Shown here: positions 37,510 through 46,757 of the stretch, one piece after another
Layout of the letters: each line of letters begins with the position of its first letter
Numbering within the stretch: position 1 is the first letter of the stretch
DNA from: Candidatus Hydrogenedentota bacterium
GTDB taxonomy: Bacteria; Hydrogenedentota; Hydrogenedentia; Hydrogenedentales; SLHB01
Direction: 5' to 3'
Assembly (NCBI GenBank): GCA_963674865.2
Contig: CAXXYE010000003.1
Location: forward strand, 96,001-160,000
DNA: 64,000 nucleotides
Notes under the pieces: model-generated
The model's input: the letters and a program-made list of their open reading frames with translations, nothing else
Databases searched by the model: none
Told to the model about the DNA's origin: nothing
Made by a program: the position numbers and the translations under genes

Positions 37510-38232
37510 TTAGCTGGGCTTCAGTCCGGTGAGCCGGTGCAGGCGGTTGATCTCGCTGTCGTTAAGGTAACGCCACTCGCCGGGCCGAAGACCCTTCACG
37601 CGAATGCCGCCCACGGCGATGCGGCGCAGTTCCCGGACGGGGTGCCCAACCGCCTCGCACATTCGCTTGATCTCACGCTTCCTGCCCTCACGCAGTACAA
37701 GCCGGACAAGCGTTGTCTGCGCCCCCGTGTTCAGGATAATGACCTCCGCCGGGCCCGTCTTGCCGTCTTCGAGTTTGACGCCCTTCTCGATCCGTACCGC
37801 CGTCTCCGGCGTCATGACCCCATTCACCCATGCCAGGTAGATCTTGGCCACCTGGTACGAGGGATGGGTGAGACGGAAGGCCAAGTCGCCATCGTTGGTG
37901 AGAAGCAGGGCCCCCTCTACATCCTTATCCAGGCGTCCCACGGGGAAAACACGTGCCCGAACGCCCATGACACAGTCGATGACGGTTTTTCGATCGTGGG
38001 TGTCCTTGACGCTCGTTATCACGCCACAAGGCTTGTTGAGAATGATGTAGACCTTGCCGTCCCGATCCAGTGAACGGCCATCGACCGCCACTTTATCCAC
38101 CGCCGGATCAACCACGTCGCCGATACCTGCGGTCTTGCCGTTTACGGTTACGCGGCCGGCGCCGATGAGTTGCTCCGAAGCCCTGCGGGAGGCTACGCCG
38201 CACTCGGCAAGGTATTTCTGGAGTCGTATCAC
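37510..38232 (-). CDS. rluB: rRNA pseudouridine synthase (RluB/RsuA family, S4 domain)
   Basis: RLQKYLAECGVASRR, LNKP.G, FPVGRLDKD.EG.LLLTNDG, EGRKREIKRM; directly downstream of scpB. Confidence 0.88.
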   Translation of the reverse strand: MIRLQKYLAECGVASRRASEQLIGAGRVTVNGKTAGIGDVVDPAVDKVAVDGRSLDRDGKVYIILNKPCGVITSVKDTHDRKTVIDCVMGVRARVFPVGRLDKDVEGALLLTNDGDLAFRLTHPSYQVAKIYLAWVNGVMTPETAVRIEKGVKLEDGKTGPAEVIILNTGAQTTLVRLVLREGRKREIKRMCEAVGHPVRELRRIAVGGIRVKGLRPGEWRYLNDSEINRLHRLTGLKPS

Positions 38233-38236
38233 GCCC

Positions 38237-38815
38237 TTAACTCATTTCCCGAAGTTCTTCTATCGAAGGAAGCTCCTTGAGATTCTTCATCCCAAAGTGG
38301 AGCAGAAACTCGTCCGTGGTGCGGAAAAGTTTCGGCCGGCCAGGGACCTCCGCCACGCCGGCAACCTTGATTAGTCTGCGCTCGAGCAAGTTATCGAAGG
38401 CGTAGGAGACGCTTACGCCGCGAATGGATTCTACCTCGGCCCGCGTGACGGGCTGTTTGTAGGCGATGATGGCGAGTGTCTCGAGCAGGGCGCGTGAGAG
38501 GCGTTGGGCCTTCTTCACCTGGAAAAGGCGGCGCACGAACGGCGCAAACTCGGGCTTCGTCGTGAGTTGATATCCGCCCGCGATCTCCCGCAGTAGGAAA
38601 GGCACTTCCTGGCTGGCCAGGTCCTCTCGCAACTCGGCCAACAGATTTGCCACAACATCCGGATCGGCATCTCCCAAGGTTTCCGCGATGCGCGTGGCGC
38701 TGATGGGTGAATCGCTGACGAACAGCATGGCGTAAATCGCCTGCCTCGTCTCATCACGACTAAGCGTTTCGACGGGCTCCAGCTCGTCGACATCCTCGGT
38801 AGGTCGTTCTGTCAT
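38237..38815 (-). CDS. scpB: SMC-Scp complex subunit ScpB
   Basis: AMLFVS..P, IAGGYQL.T, LSRALLETLAIIAYKQPVTRAEVESIRGVS, GRPKLFRTT.EFL.HFG. Confidence 0.95.
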   Translation of the reverse strand: MTERPTEDVDELEPVETLSRDETRQAIYAMLFVSDSPISATRIAETLGDADPDVVANLLAELREDLASQEVPFLLREIAGGYQLTTKPEFAPFVRRLFQVKKAQRLSRALLETLAIIAYKQPVTRAEVESIRGVSVSYAFDNLLERRLIKVAGVAEVPGRPKLFRTTDEFLLHFGMKNLKELPSIEELREMS

Positions 38816-38820
38816 GACTC

Positions 38821-39834
38821 TTATAGCGTCTTCCCGACGATTTCGAGCAAAGAAGGAATGGACTTCATCAAGTCCCCGAACCTCTTAGGCGTAAGCGACT
38901 CGGCTCCATCTGAATAGGCTACCTCAGGATTGGGGTGGACCTCAAGCATGAGTCCATCGGCCCCAGACACGGCCGCGGCCATGGCCATCGGCGTGACAAG
39001 TTCCCAATGCCCCGTGGCATGGCTGGGATCAACCACGACCGGCAGATGCGTCAGCTTCTTGAGAACCGGTACGGCGCTGAGGTCGAGGGTATGCCGCGTC
39101 TCAGTCTCGAAGGTGCGAATGCCGCGTTCGCAAAGGACGACGTTCCGGTTGCCCTCCGACATGATGTACTCCGCCGACATGAGCAATTCCTTGATGGTTG
39201 ACATCATGCCGCGTTTCAGGAATACGGGCTTGTTTATTCGACCTAACTCCTTGAGCAAGGCGAAGTTCTGCATGTTGCGCGCGCCCACCTGAAGCATGTC
39301 GGCATGCTCCGCCACCAGGGACACCTTCTCCGGTGTAAGCACCTCGGTGACAAACGGCAAGCCCGTTTCGGCTCGCGCTTCGGAAAGCAGCTTCAGGCCC
39401 TCGTCCTCAAGCCCCTGGAATGAGTAGGGAGAGGTGCGAGGCTTATATGCGCCGCCCCGCAGCATCACCGCCCCCGACTCCTTGACGCTCTTCGCCGTCG
39501 AGAGTATCTGTTCACGCGACTCGACAGAGCACGGGCCGGCGATCACGGAAAAGTGCTTGCCGCCAAATCGGGCCGGCCCGACCTCGACTACCGTGTCATC
39601 GTGTTTGACCTCGCGAGCCGCCAGTTTGAACGGATTCAGGATGGGCACGACTTTCTCGACGTGGGAAAGGGATTCGAGGGACTGCAAACGGTGTTTCCCT
39701 CGCTCATCTCCTACGGCAGCGATGACGGTGCGTTCAACACCGACAATGAGATGTGCCTTGTAGCCCAGTTCCTCGACTTTGGCTACGACGTGATCGATGT
39801 CCTCCTGCTTGCGGGAGGCCATGACAATGATCAT
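38821..39834 (-). CDS. aroF: 3-deoxy-D-arabino-heptulosonate 7-phosphate synthase (type I-beta, with N-terminal regulatory domain)
   Basis: [67 protein letters not shown] before ATG 39834. Confidence 0.95.
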   Translation of the reverse strand: MIIVMASRKQEDIDHVVAKVEELGYKAHLIVGVERTVIAAVGDERGKHRLQSLESLSHVEKVVPILNPFKLAAREVKHDDTVVEVGPARFGGKHFSVIAGPCSVESREQILSTAKSVKESGAVMLRGGAYKPRTSPYSFQGLEDEGLKLLSEARAETGLPFVTEVLTPEKVSLVAEHADMLQVGARNMQNFALLKELGRINKPVFLKRGMMSTIKELLMSAEYIMSEGNRNVVLCERGIRTFETETRHTLDLSAVPVLKKLTHLPVVVDPSHATGHWELVTPMAMAAAVSGADGLMLEVHPNPEVAYSDGAESLTPKRFGDLMKSIPSLLEIVGKTL

Positions 39835-39889
39835 GGGCCGGATATGTCTCCTTTGTGAGCCGCCATGTCTCATTCCATCAAGAAGGGAG

Positions 39890-39919
39890 AGTATAATGTT
39901 TGCCCGGAACGAAAAGCAA
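39890..39919 (-). promoter_or_regulatory. Putative sigma70 promoter of aroF-scpB-rluB
   Basis: TTGCTT (39919-39914), 18-nt spacer, TATACT (39895-39890). Confidence 0.5.
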
Positions 39920-39936
39920 CGCGCCCGTGAGCGCAA

Positions 39937-41167
39937 CTAAGTGATCCCCAGTTTTGCGATAGGTGCATGAATAAGGGCCAAACACGAGTTTCCGACCTGT
40001 ATACTGGCGAAAGTCGACCAAAACCGTCGTCAGCAGGAGGATTTTTCATGTTTGGCCCGAGCAAGATTATGAAGTGGTTCGACCGGAATCTGCAAGAGGT
40101 GCGACGGTCGCGACGCAAGACGCTGGCCCATATCGCGGCAGGAGCCATGAAGATGAAAGGGGTCGGCGTGTTGGCGTTGGGACGCGCCATGGATGGCCCG
40201 GCACTCGCAAAGCACCGTATTAAAAGGGTGGATCGCTTCTTAGGCAATGAGCAGGTGGAAGCCTTCGCCATTGCCAAGGCGTTGTTCAACATCCTGCGAG
40301 GCCAAGACCGACGGCCCTTGGTCCTGGTCGATTGGACGGATCGCGGTGCCTTCGAACAACTGGTTCTCTCCATTCCCCAAGACGGCCGCTCTATGCCGTT
40401 CCACGCCATCTCCATCGATTCGACCAAATTCGGGACGGAAAGTGAAGGGGCTCTCATCCAAGCTGAACGAGAGATTCTGCGAGACCTGCACGCCATGTGT
40501 CCGCCCGGCGTGACTCCGATTATCGTGGCCGACCGGGGCTTCGGAAACGAGCGCTGGATACGCGATGTCACAAACTGGGGATGGTGCTTTGTGCAGCGTC
40601 TGTCCAAGAATCATTGGGTCGAAACCGAGCACCACATCGGCACCCTCCCCGAACTGGGGATACGGCGAGGCTATCGCCCCAAAGACTGGGGCTGGGGCAC
40701 GATGGGAGAAAAGGACGCCGACAACAAGACGCCCTTTCGGCTGGTCACCGTCTTCGGTTGGGAGGCCGACGAGCCGTGGTATCTCATTACAAACATTGAA
40801 GATCGCGAGGCCCGGGCCATCACATCCATCTACGCGAAGCGCTGGTGGACTGAAATGATGTTTCGAGATCTGAAGAACCGCAAATGGGGGCTCGGCATGG
40901 ACGAAGTGAAACTCACCTCCCGCCAGCGCACCGCTGTGCACTTCATCATCGTCATGCTTGCCTTCATTCTTCTGTGCGCCTTCGGCGCCTTCGCCGAAAC
41001 CAAAGACTTCGGCGAACAACTCAAAGCAAACACCGCCGAGAACAGAGCCCTCTCCCTCGCCGCCACAGGAAACCACTTCATCGAATTCATCGGACGAACC
41101 ACCGTTGCTATGGCCATCGCTAGATTGGTCTACGCACCTACATAGAACCAAACTGGGGAGTACTCAG
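39937..41167 (+). mobile_element. IS4-family (IS10-like) insertion sequence, 1231 bp
   Basis: Terminal inverted repeats CTAAGTGATCCCCAGTTTTG and CTGAGTACTCCCCAGTTTGG (16/20 match); perfect 9-bp target duplication TGAGCGCAA at 39928-39936 and 41168-41176; single transposase ORF. Confidence 0.93.
40048..41145 (+). CDS. IS4-family DDE transposase
   Basis: VLVDWT, IVADRGF, YAKRWWTEMMFRDLK (YREK signature), HRIKRVDRFL; RBS GGAGG before ATG 40048. Confidence 0.92.
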   Translation: MFGPSKIMKWFDRNLQEVRRSRRKTLAHIAAGAMKMKGVGVLALGRAMDGPALAKHRIKRVDRFLGNEQVEAFAIAKALFNILRGQDRRPLVLVDWTDRGAFEQLVLSIPQDGRSMPFHAISIDSTKFGTESEGALIQAEREILRDLHAMCPPGVTPIIVADRGFGNERWIRDVTNWGWCFVQRLSKNHWVETEHHIGTLPELGIRRGYRPKDWGWGTMGEKDADNKTPFRLVTVFGWEADEPWYLITNIEDREARAITSIYAKRWWTEMMFRDLKNRKWGLGMDEVKLTSRQRTAVHFIIVMLAFILLCAFGAFAETKDFGEQLKANTAENRALSLAATGNHFIEFIGRTTVAMAIARLVYAPT

Positions 41168-41242
41168 TGAGCGCAATAGTGAGAATTCTTCGAACGATAT
41201 GCCAAGGTATCGCCGCGCTGCCTTGCCTTGCTGGAGCCCTAT

Positions 41243-42703
41243 TCAGCCCCGGACTACCCGCACAACCAGATCATGCCTAAACTCAGGTGTCATGAGGTCG
41301 ACACGCCCGCCCTTAATGCCGGCCCAAGGTGAGTAGAGGCCCGTCACGGGCGAGAAGCAAGCCATTCTGAACGGCCCCTCAGGCAACTCAAGCGTGAGGG
41401 AGCCGCTGATCGGCCCGCCCGCGCCCGGGACCTCGATTTCGCGCTCGTCGGCGAGGTAGACGGCGTAGTCCTCTCCCTCGACCGCAAATACCGCCTCGAC
41501 GGTGTTGGGGGGCTGCTCTTTCAGCCATCCCCGGAGCGGGCGTGCCTTCGCGAGGTCCATGCTGTGGACGAATTCCGAGAGATGCTTCATCCACGTCCGG
41601 ATGCACCGCTGTGAGTCGGGCGTGCCCGTCTCGATATTTGGCAGGATGGAGAAGTCGATGTAGTCATAGTGGCATCCCGAGAGAAGCGTCACCCAAGCGC
41701 GCTTCCTGTGTATCGTCCAGCCGTCCACATCTCGAAACCGGCTTGCCACGTTGTCTTCGTCGCAGTTCAAGGGCTTCCGTTCCCCGGCCGTATCCAGGCA
41801 GAAGTCTCGCAACGCCCGCAGCTTAAGCTCCTTCGACATGAACGTCCCCATGTCGTAGTTCCTGTCTCCGTAGGTCGTATTCGGCAAGGGATGAATATTG
41901 ACCACGTCGAAGAACATCTCGGAGAAAGACAACTCCGACCCTTGCTTGAAACCATCATGCCGGTAGGCCTCTTGCCCCCCAATGAGGTGCCTGTTTTGAG
42001 GCCCTCCCTCCGCATCGCGGATGACTTCCGCCAACACCGTCTGCCAAGCATTTACCTCTTCCTGGCTCGGGCCGCCTTCAATGCCCGGCGTTTCTCCCGT
42101 CGGCTCGTTGCAGATTTCGTAGATGACGTTATCGTAGCCCTTTGTCTCCTCGACAATCTTCCGCACGAGGCTGCACTGCCTCTCGAACAGCTTCGGGTGG
42201 CGCATCGTCAGATACTCGGGATGCGAGATGGTCTCCAAGTCGTTGACATTATTCCGAGCGTTAAGCGGATTGAGCATCCAGATATCATCATTGTACGTGT
42301 TGCTGAGTATCACCACCTCCACAACAATCCCGTAGTCGCTGGCCAGCGATAGGAACCTATGCAGACGCTCGAAGAACTCAGGATTCCACTGATCCAAGTC
42401 GTATTGCGGCAGTCTGTCGATGGCCTTCTCGGGGCCCGTGCGTGGATACGGAGCTACGTAGTCCGTGGACTCGGGCTTACACGTCGAATAGGGATTCTGC
42501 GCGTGCTGCTGCTCGCGAAACAGCATGAATAGCCGGGTGAGAGTCTGTGACTTGTCCCGTGCGTCGGCCAGGTAGCGCTCAAACCGAAACGGCCGGTTTA
42601 TCACCGACCCATAGTGCTCCGTGGCGCACACCAGGACACGCGGTTGGCCGCGAAACTCGAAGCAGCGGGCGTTCTCGGGATGAATGCAAATCGGCTTGGC
42701 CAT
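41243..42703 (-). CDS. Uncharacterised clan GH-A-like TIM-barrel protein (GH5/DUF4038-like) with a C-terminal beta domain
   Basis: YDL.QWNPEFFERL..F...A...GIVVEV.., YEICNEP (candidate acid/base), VNIH, PLNCDED (candidate nucleophile); no signal peptide. Confidence 0.65.
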   Translation of the reverse strand: MAKPICIHPENARCFEFRGQPRVLVCATEHYGSVINRPFRFERYLADARDKSQTLTRLFMLFREQQHAQNPYSTCKPESTDYVAPYPRTGPEKAIDRLPQYDLDQWNPEFFERLHRFLSLASDYGIVVEVVILSNTYNDDIWMLNPLNARNNVNDLETISHPEYLTMRHPKLFERQCSLVRKIVEETKGYDNVIYEICNEPTGETPGIEGGPSQEEVNAWQTVLAEVIRDAEGGPQNRHLIGGQEAYRHDGFKQGSELSFSEMFFDVVNIHPLPNTTYGDRNYDMGTFMSKELKLRALRDFCLDTAGERKPLNCDEDNVASRFRDVDGWTIHRKRAWVTLLSGCHYDYIDFSILPNIETGTPDSQRCIRTWMKHLSEFVHSMDLAKARPLRGWLKEQPPNTVEAVFAVEGEDYAVYLADEREIEVPGAGGPISGSLTLELPEGPFRMACFSPVTGLYSPWAGIKGGRVDLMTPEFRHDLVVRVVRG

Positions 42704-42818
42704 GGCGTCCTATCTCCCTTTCTCAAGACGGTGTGATGACGGGCGCCTATTAGACCAGGGAGAAGGACGGGCTTCAACCGCGTCGGGGGAGAGCCCCTGC
42801 CGGAAAGGGCCGCGAGGC

Positions 42819-44093
42819 CTACCGACTGTCTTCCAGGCCAAAAAGCCGCTTCACGAGATGCAGCACCGTCTTCGGATCGTGGTGGGCAATTTCGCGCTTC
42901 AGGCCGCTCATTGGACGCTGAAGAATGTTGTTGACGAGGCGTTTGGATAGGCGATCTATTTCCTCCCGCTGCTTCTCCGTCAGTTCGGGAAGCGCGGAAA
43001 GCGTCTTCTCCACCTCTCGACTGCGAATAGCCTCCAGTTCGCCTGCCATCGAGCGAATCGCCGGCTCGGCTACCAGGCTGCGAAGCCAGTCGCCGAACTG
43101 TCCCATGCCGCGCTCGACAATGGCCAAGCCTTCTTCGACCGCCTTGCGCCGCGCCTCAAGATTCTGGGCTACCACGCGTTTCAGATCGTCCACGTTGTAA
43201 AGATACACGTTGTCCAACAGGCCAACGTCAGGATTGATATCCCGGGGAACAGCGATGTCGATGACGCACACCGGCGCCTGGCCCCGGCGCTTGAGTGCTT
43301 CCTGAAAGTCCTTCGGCTCGAGTATGAACTCCGGCGACGCGGTCGAACTGATGACGATGTCCGCTCGGTGCAGGTGATGCCGCAGATCACTCAGCCCCAT
43401 CGGCTCCCCGCCGCGCGCCTCCGCGAGTACCCGCGCATGCTCCTGGCTTCGGTTGGCGACCAGCACCCGCGCGGCGCCATGCGCCACGAGGCTCTGGAGC
43501 GTAAGCTCACCCATATCCCCCGAGCCGATGACGAGCACCGTCTTGCCTTCGAGTTCCATGAAGATCGATGTGGCGAGGTCTACGGCGACGGAACTTACGG
43601 AGACCTTTCCTGCCCCCACGCCCGTCTTTGTCCGCACCTCCTTGGCGACGGAGAAAGCCCGCTGGAAAAGTGCGTTGATGATTTTGTCCGTCGTTTGCTC
43701 AGATTTCGCAAGAAGGTAAGCATCGTGAACCTGCCCGAGGATCTGTGTCTCCCCGACTACAAGGCTGTCGAGGCTTGCCGCTACCCGGAATAGGTGCCCC
43801 GCAGCGTTGTCGTCGTCGTGCTCGTAGAGCATGTCGTTGAACGCCGTTTCCTCGATGCCGTGCCAGGCGCTCAAGAATCGCCGGATGCCTTCAGCCAACT
43901 CCGACGTGTCACTCGGGCTGTTTGCATATGCCTCCACCCGGTTGCAGGTGCTCAATATGACCACGCCCGCGCCGCCGAGTTCTTTGTGTAGGCGTAACAG
44001 CGCTTGGGGAAGAGCCTTCTCCGAGAAAACCAGCCGCTCTCGAAGCTCCAGGGGGCTTGTCTGATGGTTCAGGCCTACGACCACCAGGCTCAT
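42819..44093 (-). CDS. hemA: Glutamyl-tRNA reductase
   Basis: GLNHQT.P.ELRE, ILSTCNRVE, HLFRVAASLDSLVVGETQILGQV, IGSGDMG, IDIAVPRDI. Confidence 0.96.
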   Translation of the reverse strand: MSLVVVGLNHQTSPLELRERLVFSEKALPQALLRLHKELGGAGVVILSTCNRVEAYANSPSDTSELAEGIRRFLSAWHGIEETAFNDMLYEHDDDNAAGHLFRVAASLDSLVVGETQILGQVHDAYLLAKSEQTTDKIINALFQRAFSVAKEVRTKTGVGAGKVSVSSVAVDLATSIFMELEGKTVLVIGSGDMGELTLQSLVAHGAARVLVANRSQEHARVLAEARGGEPMGLSDLRHHLHRADIVISSTASPEFILEPKDFQEALKRRGQAPVCVIDIAVPRDINPDVGLLDNVYLYNVDDLKRVVAQNLEARRKAVEEGLAIVERGMGQFGDWLRSLVAEPAIRSMAGELEAIRSREVEKTLSALPELTEKQREEIDRLSKRLVNNILQRPMSGLKREIAHHDPKTVLHLVKRLFGLEDSR

Positions 44094-44938
44094 ACGCTTT
44101 TCCCCCAGAAGTTGTACGTTCTGAGATGCAGGATCGCCAGCACCAAGTACGCGGCCAGGAGCAGGGAAAAGCCTACTACAACCACGTAAGCGAGTTTCGG
44201 CCCCCTCAAACGGCCGAATTGCCGCGCATGAAACGTCACGGCGTAGAAAAACGCCATGACGACGGACAGCAATACCTTAGGTGCAATCCACCAATGGGCG
44301 CTCAGCAGATCGCGGTCGAGATACACCCAAGTCAGCCCCAGAAGAAGCGTGATGACAAAAAGTGGGTATCCGCAGGCAACAAGCCGGTACAGCGTGCGGT
44401 CAAGCTGCTCGAGCGGCGGAAACGGCCGCGACAGTGCCTCATCCGGGCGCCGCTTCAGTGTTCGCGCCTGACAGACGTACGCCACACTTGTGGCGCTGGC
44501 CGCGAAGAAAAGGGCATACGCAAGAAAGGCCAAGCCGACGTGGACACCGAGGGGAACGCTCGGCAACGCTCGAGGCGCTTCATACAGGTTGGTGTGCGCC
44601 ACTGCTGCGTTCAGCAGCGCGATGGCCGCCAACGGCGGCGCATAGAAGGGCACGAGGACAAGGGCCCCCGTTTGGCGCAGCGCGAGCAGCATCACGAGCG
44701 TCGTCAACACCGTCAGGAGGTCCAGGGAATCCGTGGTGTTCGTGAGGGGAAGCGCCCCCCAGAGATACCACCGCAAACCGAGGTTGGCCGCGAAGGCGAT
44801 AGCCCCCGCGCCGGTGAGCCGGCGAGCCACCTTGAGGACTTCCGGGGCTGAGCCCAGCGTGTGCGCCAGCGCAGTGGCCGCGGCGGCCACGTATAGCGCC
44901 ACTCCTCCGTAAAACGTGATGCCAACTGCCCATGCCAT
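44090..44938 (-). CDS. ccsA: CcsA/HemX-family cytochrome c assembly / heme-export membrane protein
   Basis: About 8 hydrophobic helices; HV.LAFLAYA.FF, PPLEQLDR..YRLV..GYPL, W..PK; ATGA-coupled to hemA. Confidence 0.8.
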   Translation of the reverse strand: MAWAVGITFYGGVALYVAAAATALAHTLGSAPEVLKVARRLTGAGAIAFAANLGLRWYLWGALPLTNTTDSLDLLTVLTTLVMLLALRQTGALVLVPFYAPPLAAIALLNAAVAHTNLYEAPRALPSVPLGVHVGLAFLAYALFFAASATSVAYVCQARTLKRRPDEALSRPFPPLEQLDRTLYRLVACGYPLFVITLLLGLTWVYLDRDLLSAHWWIAPKVLLSVVMAFFYAVTFHARQFGRLRGPKLAYVVVVGFSLLLAAYLVLAILHLRTYNFWGKSV

Positions 44939-45184
44939 GTCTATTCCTCTCTCGATCCGGCGCCGCCGACGAAGGGAACCCTTCTCGTGCCCGTATTCTA
45001 TACCTCAGCGGGCAAAGCGGCCAAGGAGCGACGACTCGGAGCGGCGCCAAACGACGGCGGGCGCCTATCCCCGTATCCGTTCTCAGAACAGGCCGCGGGC
45101 ATCCAACACTGCGTTTTCATCTTGGAAAGGTAGCCGCAGGTATGTTAAACTGCCAATACGACTTTACTTAGGGGAGGCAATACG

Positions 45185-45664
45185 ATGGACGCCATAGTCG
45201 CTCACTTCCAGGACCATCTTATCGCTTACATTGTTGTCGCTGCGTGTGCGCTTCCCGTGTTATTCGTCTACCGAAAGTATGTGGTGCCCATCTTCGCTTA
45301 CGCGTTGGAAGTCTGCATCTACATGGGTTTGCTGCACTCGGTGCTTTTTCTCGTCGTGAAGATCATCCGATGGTTCAAGATGGAGTCCTCCTTCGAGGCG
45401 ATCGGTGCGAAGACGGACCCCGGGTGGGGCATTCCCTGGATGCACTTCTGGAAACACGACCTTTTCAATCCCCACTGGCTAGTCTATCTGGAACTGGCCT
45501 TCATGGTGATCTTCGTCTATTTCGTCTGGAAACTGCGCCCCATGCGGATCCAGAAGATCAGAGAGCGCGGTGCGGCGCGAAAGCCGGGCGCAGGCAAGAG
45601 TGGCGTGCGCCCACCCGCGAAAGGTGCGTTTGCCAAGAAAAAGTTAGGAGCTAAGAAGAGATGA
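45185..45664 (+). CDS. Hypothetical membrane protein with a Lys-rich C-terminal tail
   Basis: Three hydrophobic segments; RBS GGGGAGG; ATGA overlap with the next gene. Confidence 0.75.
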   Translation: MDAIVAHFQDHLIAYIVVAACALPVLFVYRKYVVPIFAYALEVCIYMGLLHSVLFLVVKIIRWFKMESSFEAIGAKTDPGWGIPWMHFWKHDLFNPHWLVYLELAFMVIFVYFVWKLRPMRIQKIRERGAARKPGAGKSGVRPPAKGAFAKKKLGAKKR

Positions 45665-46641
45665 TTCCGGAGTATTTGCGTGGCCCGATTGCGCCCGTTT
45701 TCACGGCGTTTGACTCAGAAGGACGGCTGGACGACCTCGGCCAAAGGGAATTCCTCGATTTCTTGTCCGAATCCGGCGCGATTTCCGCCTTTTTCCTGCG
45801 TTGCGGCATGGGACAGATGCGCGAATTCTCATACGACGAGGTGAAACAGATTGCGGATAACGCCTGCGCCCATATGAAGGGGCGAGGGCCGGTAATGATA
45901 GGGACCACCGGCATCTGGGACCGCGACTACGACCGCCTGCCCGATCCTGACGTGTTCCTTCGGGAAGCGGTAGAACTCAGCCAGTATGTTGAGAGCGTTG
46001 GGGCGGCCGCCTGTGTCCACACCGTGCCTGAGGCGATTGCACCAAAGGACGGCGAGACCACGGCCGACGTGACGCTGCGGTATTTCGAGGCCATCGACGC
46101 CGCCGTTTCCATCCCTGTATTCATCTACCAGCCGCCGGGCACGCGTCCCGAGTACATCGTGACGGTGGATCTGATGCAGAAGCTGGCCGATTTGCCCAAC
46201 GTCAAGGGTATGAAAGCTTCCACGGCCGACGCCGGCTACATTCTAGACATGACCTGGGCAACAAGGGACAAGGACTTCGGCTATATCGTGGGACACGAGG
46301 CGGCGTTTTTCGCGGGCTTGTGCTCCGGGGCCAAGGCCACCATCGGCGGCGGGGCCTGCGTCAACCCGCAGGTGCTCAAGGCCGTCCAGGATCGGTTCGA
46401 GCAAGGGGATATACCGGGCGCCATCGACGCCCAACGTTCCGTGAACAAGCTGTGGCAGGGCATCCCCGCGACAGTGGAGTTCCTCAAGCGCTACGCCGCC
46501 GACAAGGGCTACAAGGTGCAGCCGTACCGGAGGAGCAAGCAGAAGGACGCCGCCTACGGTCCTGTGGATGTTTCGATTCCTCAGGACGTCTACGAGGCGG
46601 GCAAACACCTGCTGGAGTCCGAACTGGCCCTCTACGCCTAG
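45661..46641 (+). CDS. DapA/NAL-family class I aldolase/dehydratase
   Basis: APVFTAFD..G.LD, CGMGQM, IPVFIYQP (catalytic Tyr position), NVKGMKAS (Schiff-base Lys), GA.ATIGG.A.V.P. Confidence 0.85.
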   Translation: MIPEYLRGPIAPVFTAFDSEGRLDDLGQREFLDFLSESGAISAFFLRCGMGQMREFSYDEVKQIADNACAHMKGRGPVMIGTTGIWDRDYDRLPDPDVFLREAVELSQYVESVGAAACVHTVPEAIAPKDGETTADVTLRYFEAIDAAVSIPVFIYQPPGTRPEYIVTVDLMQKLADLPNVKGMKASTADAGYILDMTWATRDKDFGYIVGHEAAFFAGLCSGAKATIGGGACVNPQVLKAVQDRFEQGDIPGAIDAQRSVNKLWQGIPATVEFLKRYAADKGYKVQPYRRSKQKDAAYGPVDVSIPQDVYEAGKHLLESELALYA

Positions 46642-46664
46642 TGAATACTGTGACACGCGTCTTG

Positions 46665-46706
46665 ACGCCGGCGGCCGGGAAACTGCCGCCGGCGTTTCTC
46701 GTCTTC
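46665..46706 (+). terminator. Putative intrinsic terminator after the DapA-family gene
   Basis: Perfect 11-bp stem ACGCCGGCGGC / GCCGCCGGCGT with a 9-nt loop, followed by pyrimidine-rich TTCTCGTCTT. Confidence 0.65.
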
Positions 46707-46720
46707 GTTGCCCGCTCGGG

Positions 46721-46749
46721 TTGAACATGCTTACCGCGGATTCTATTAT
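46721..46749 (+). promoter_or_regulatory. Putative sigma70 promoter of the ABC transporter operon
   Basis: TTGAAC (46721-46726), 17-nt spacer, TATTAT (46744-46749); ATG lies only 8 nt downstream. Confidence 0.55.
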
Positions 46750-46757
46750 CGTGCGCT

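Noticed and set aside
40240..41151. 303-aa antisense ORF inside the IS (and the 245-aa ORF at 39870-40607)
   Set aside because: Shadow frames of the transposase with no recognisable motifs.
42819..44938. ccsA/hemX-hemA coupling as a novelty
   Set aside because: This pairing is a commonly seen arrangement in heme biosynthesis loci.
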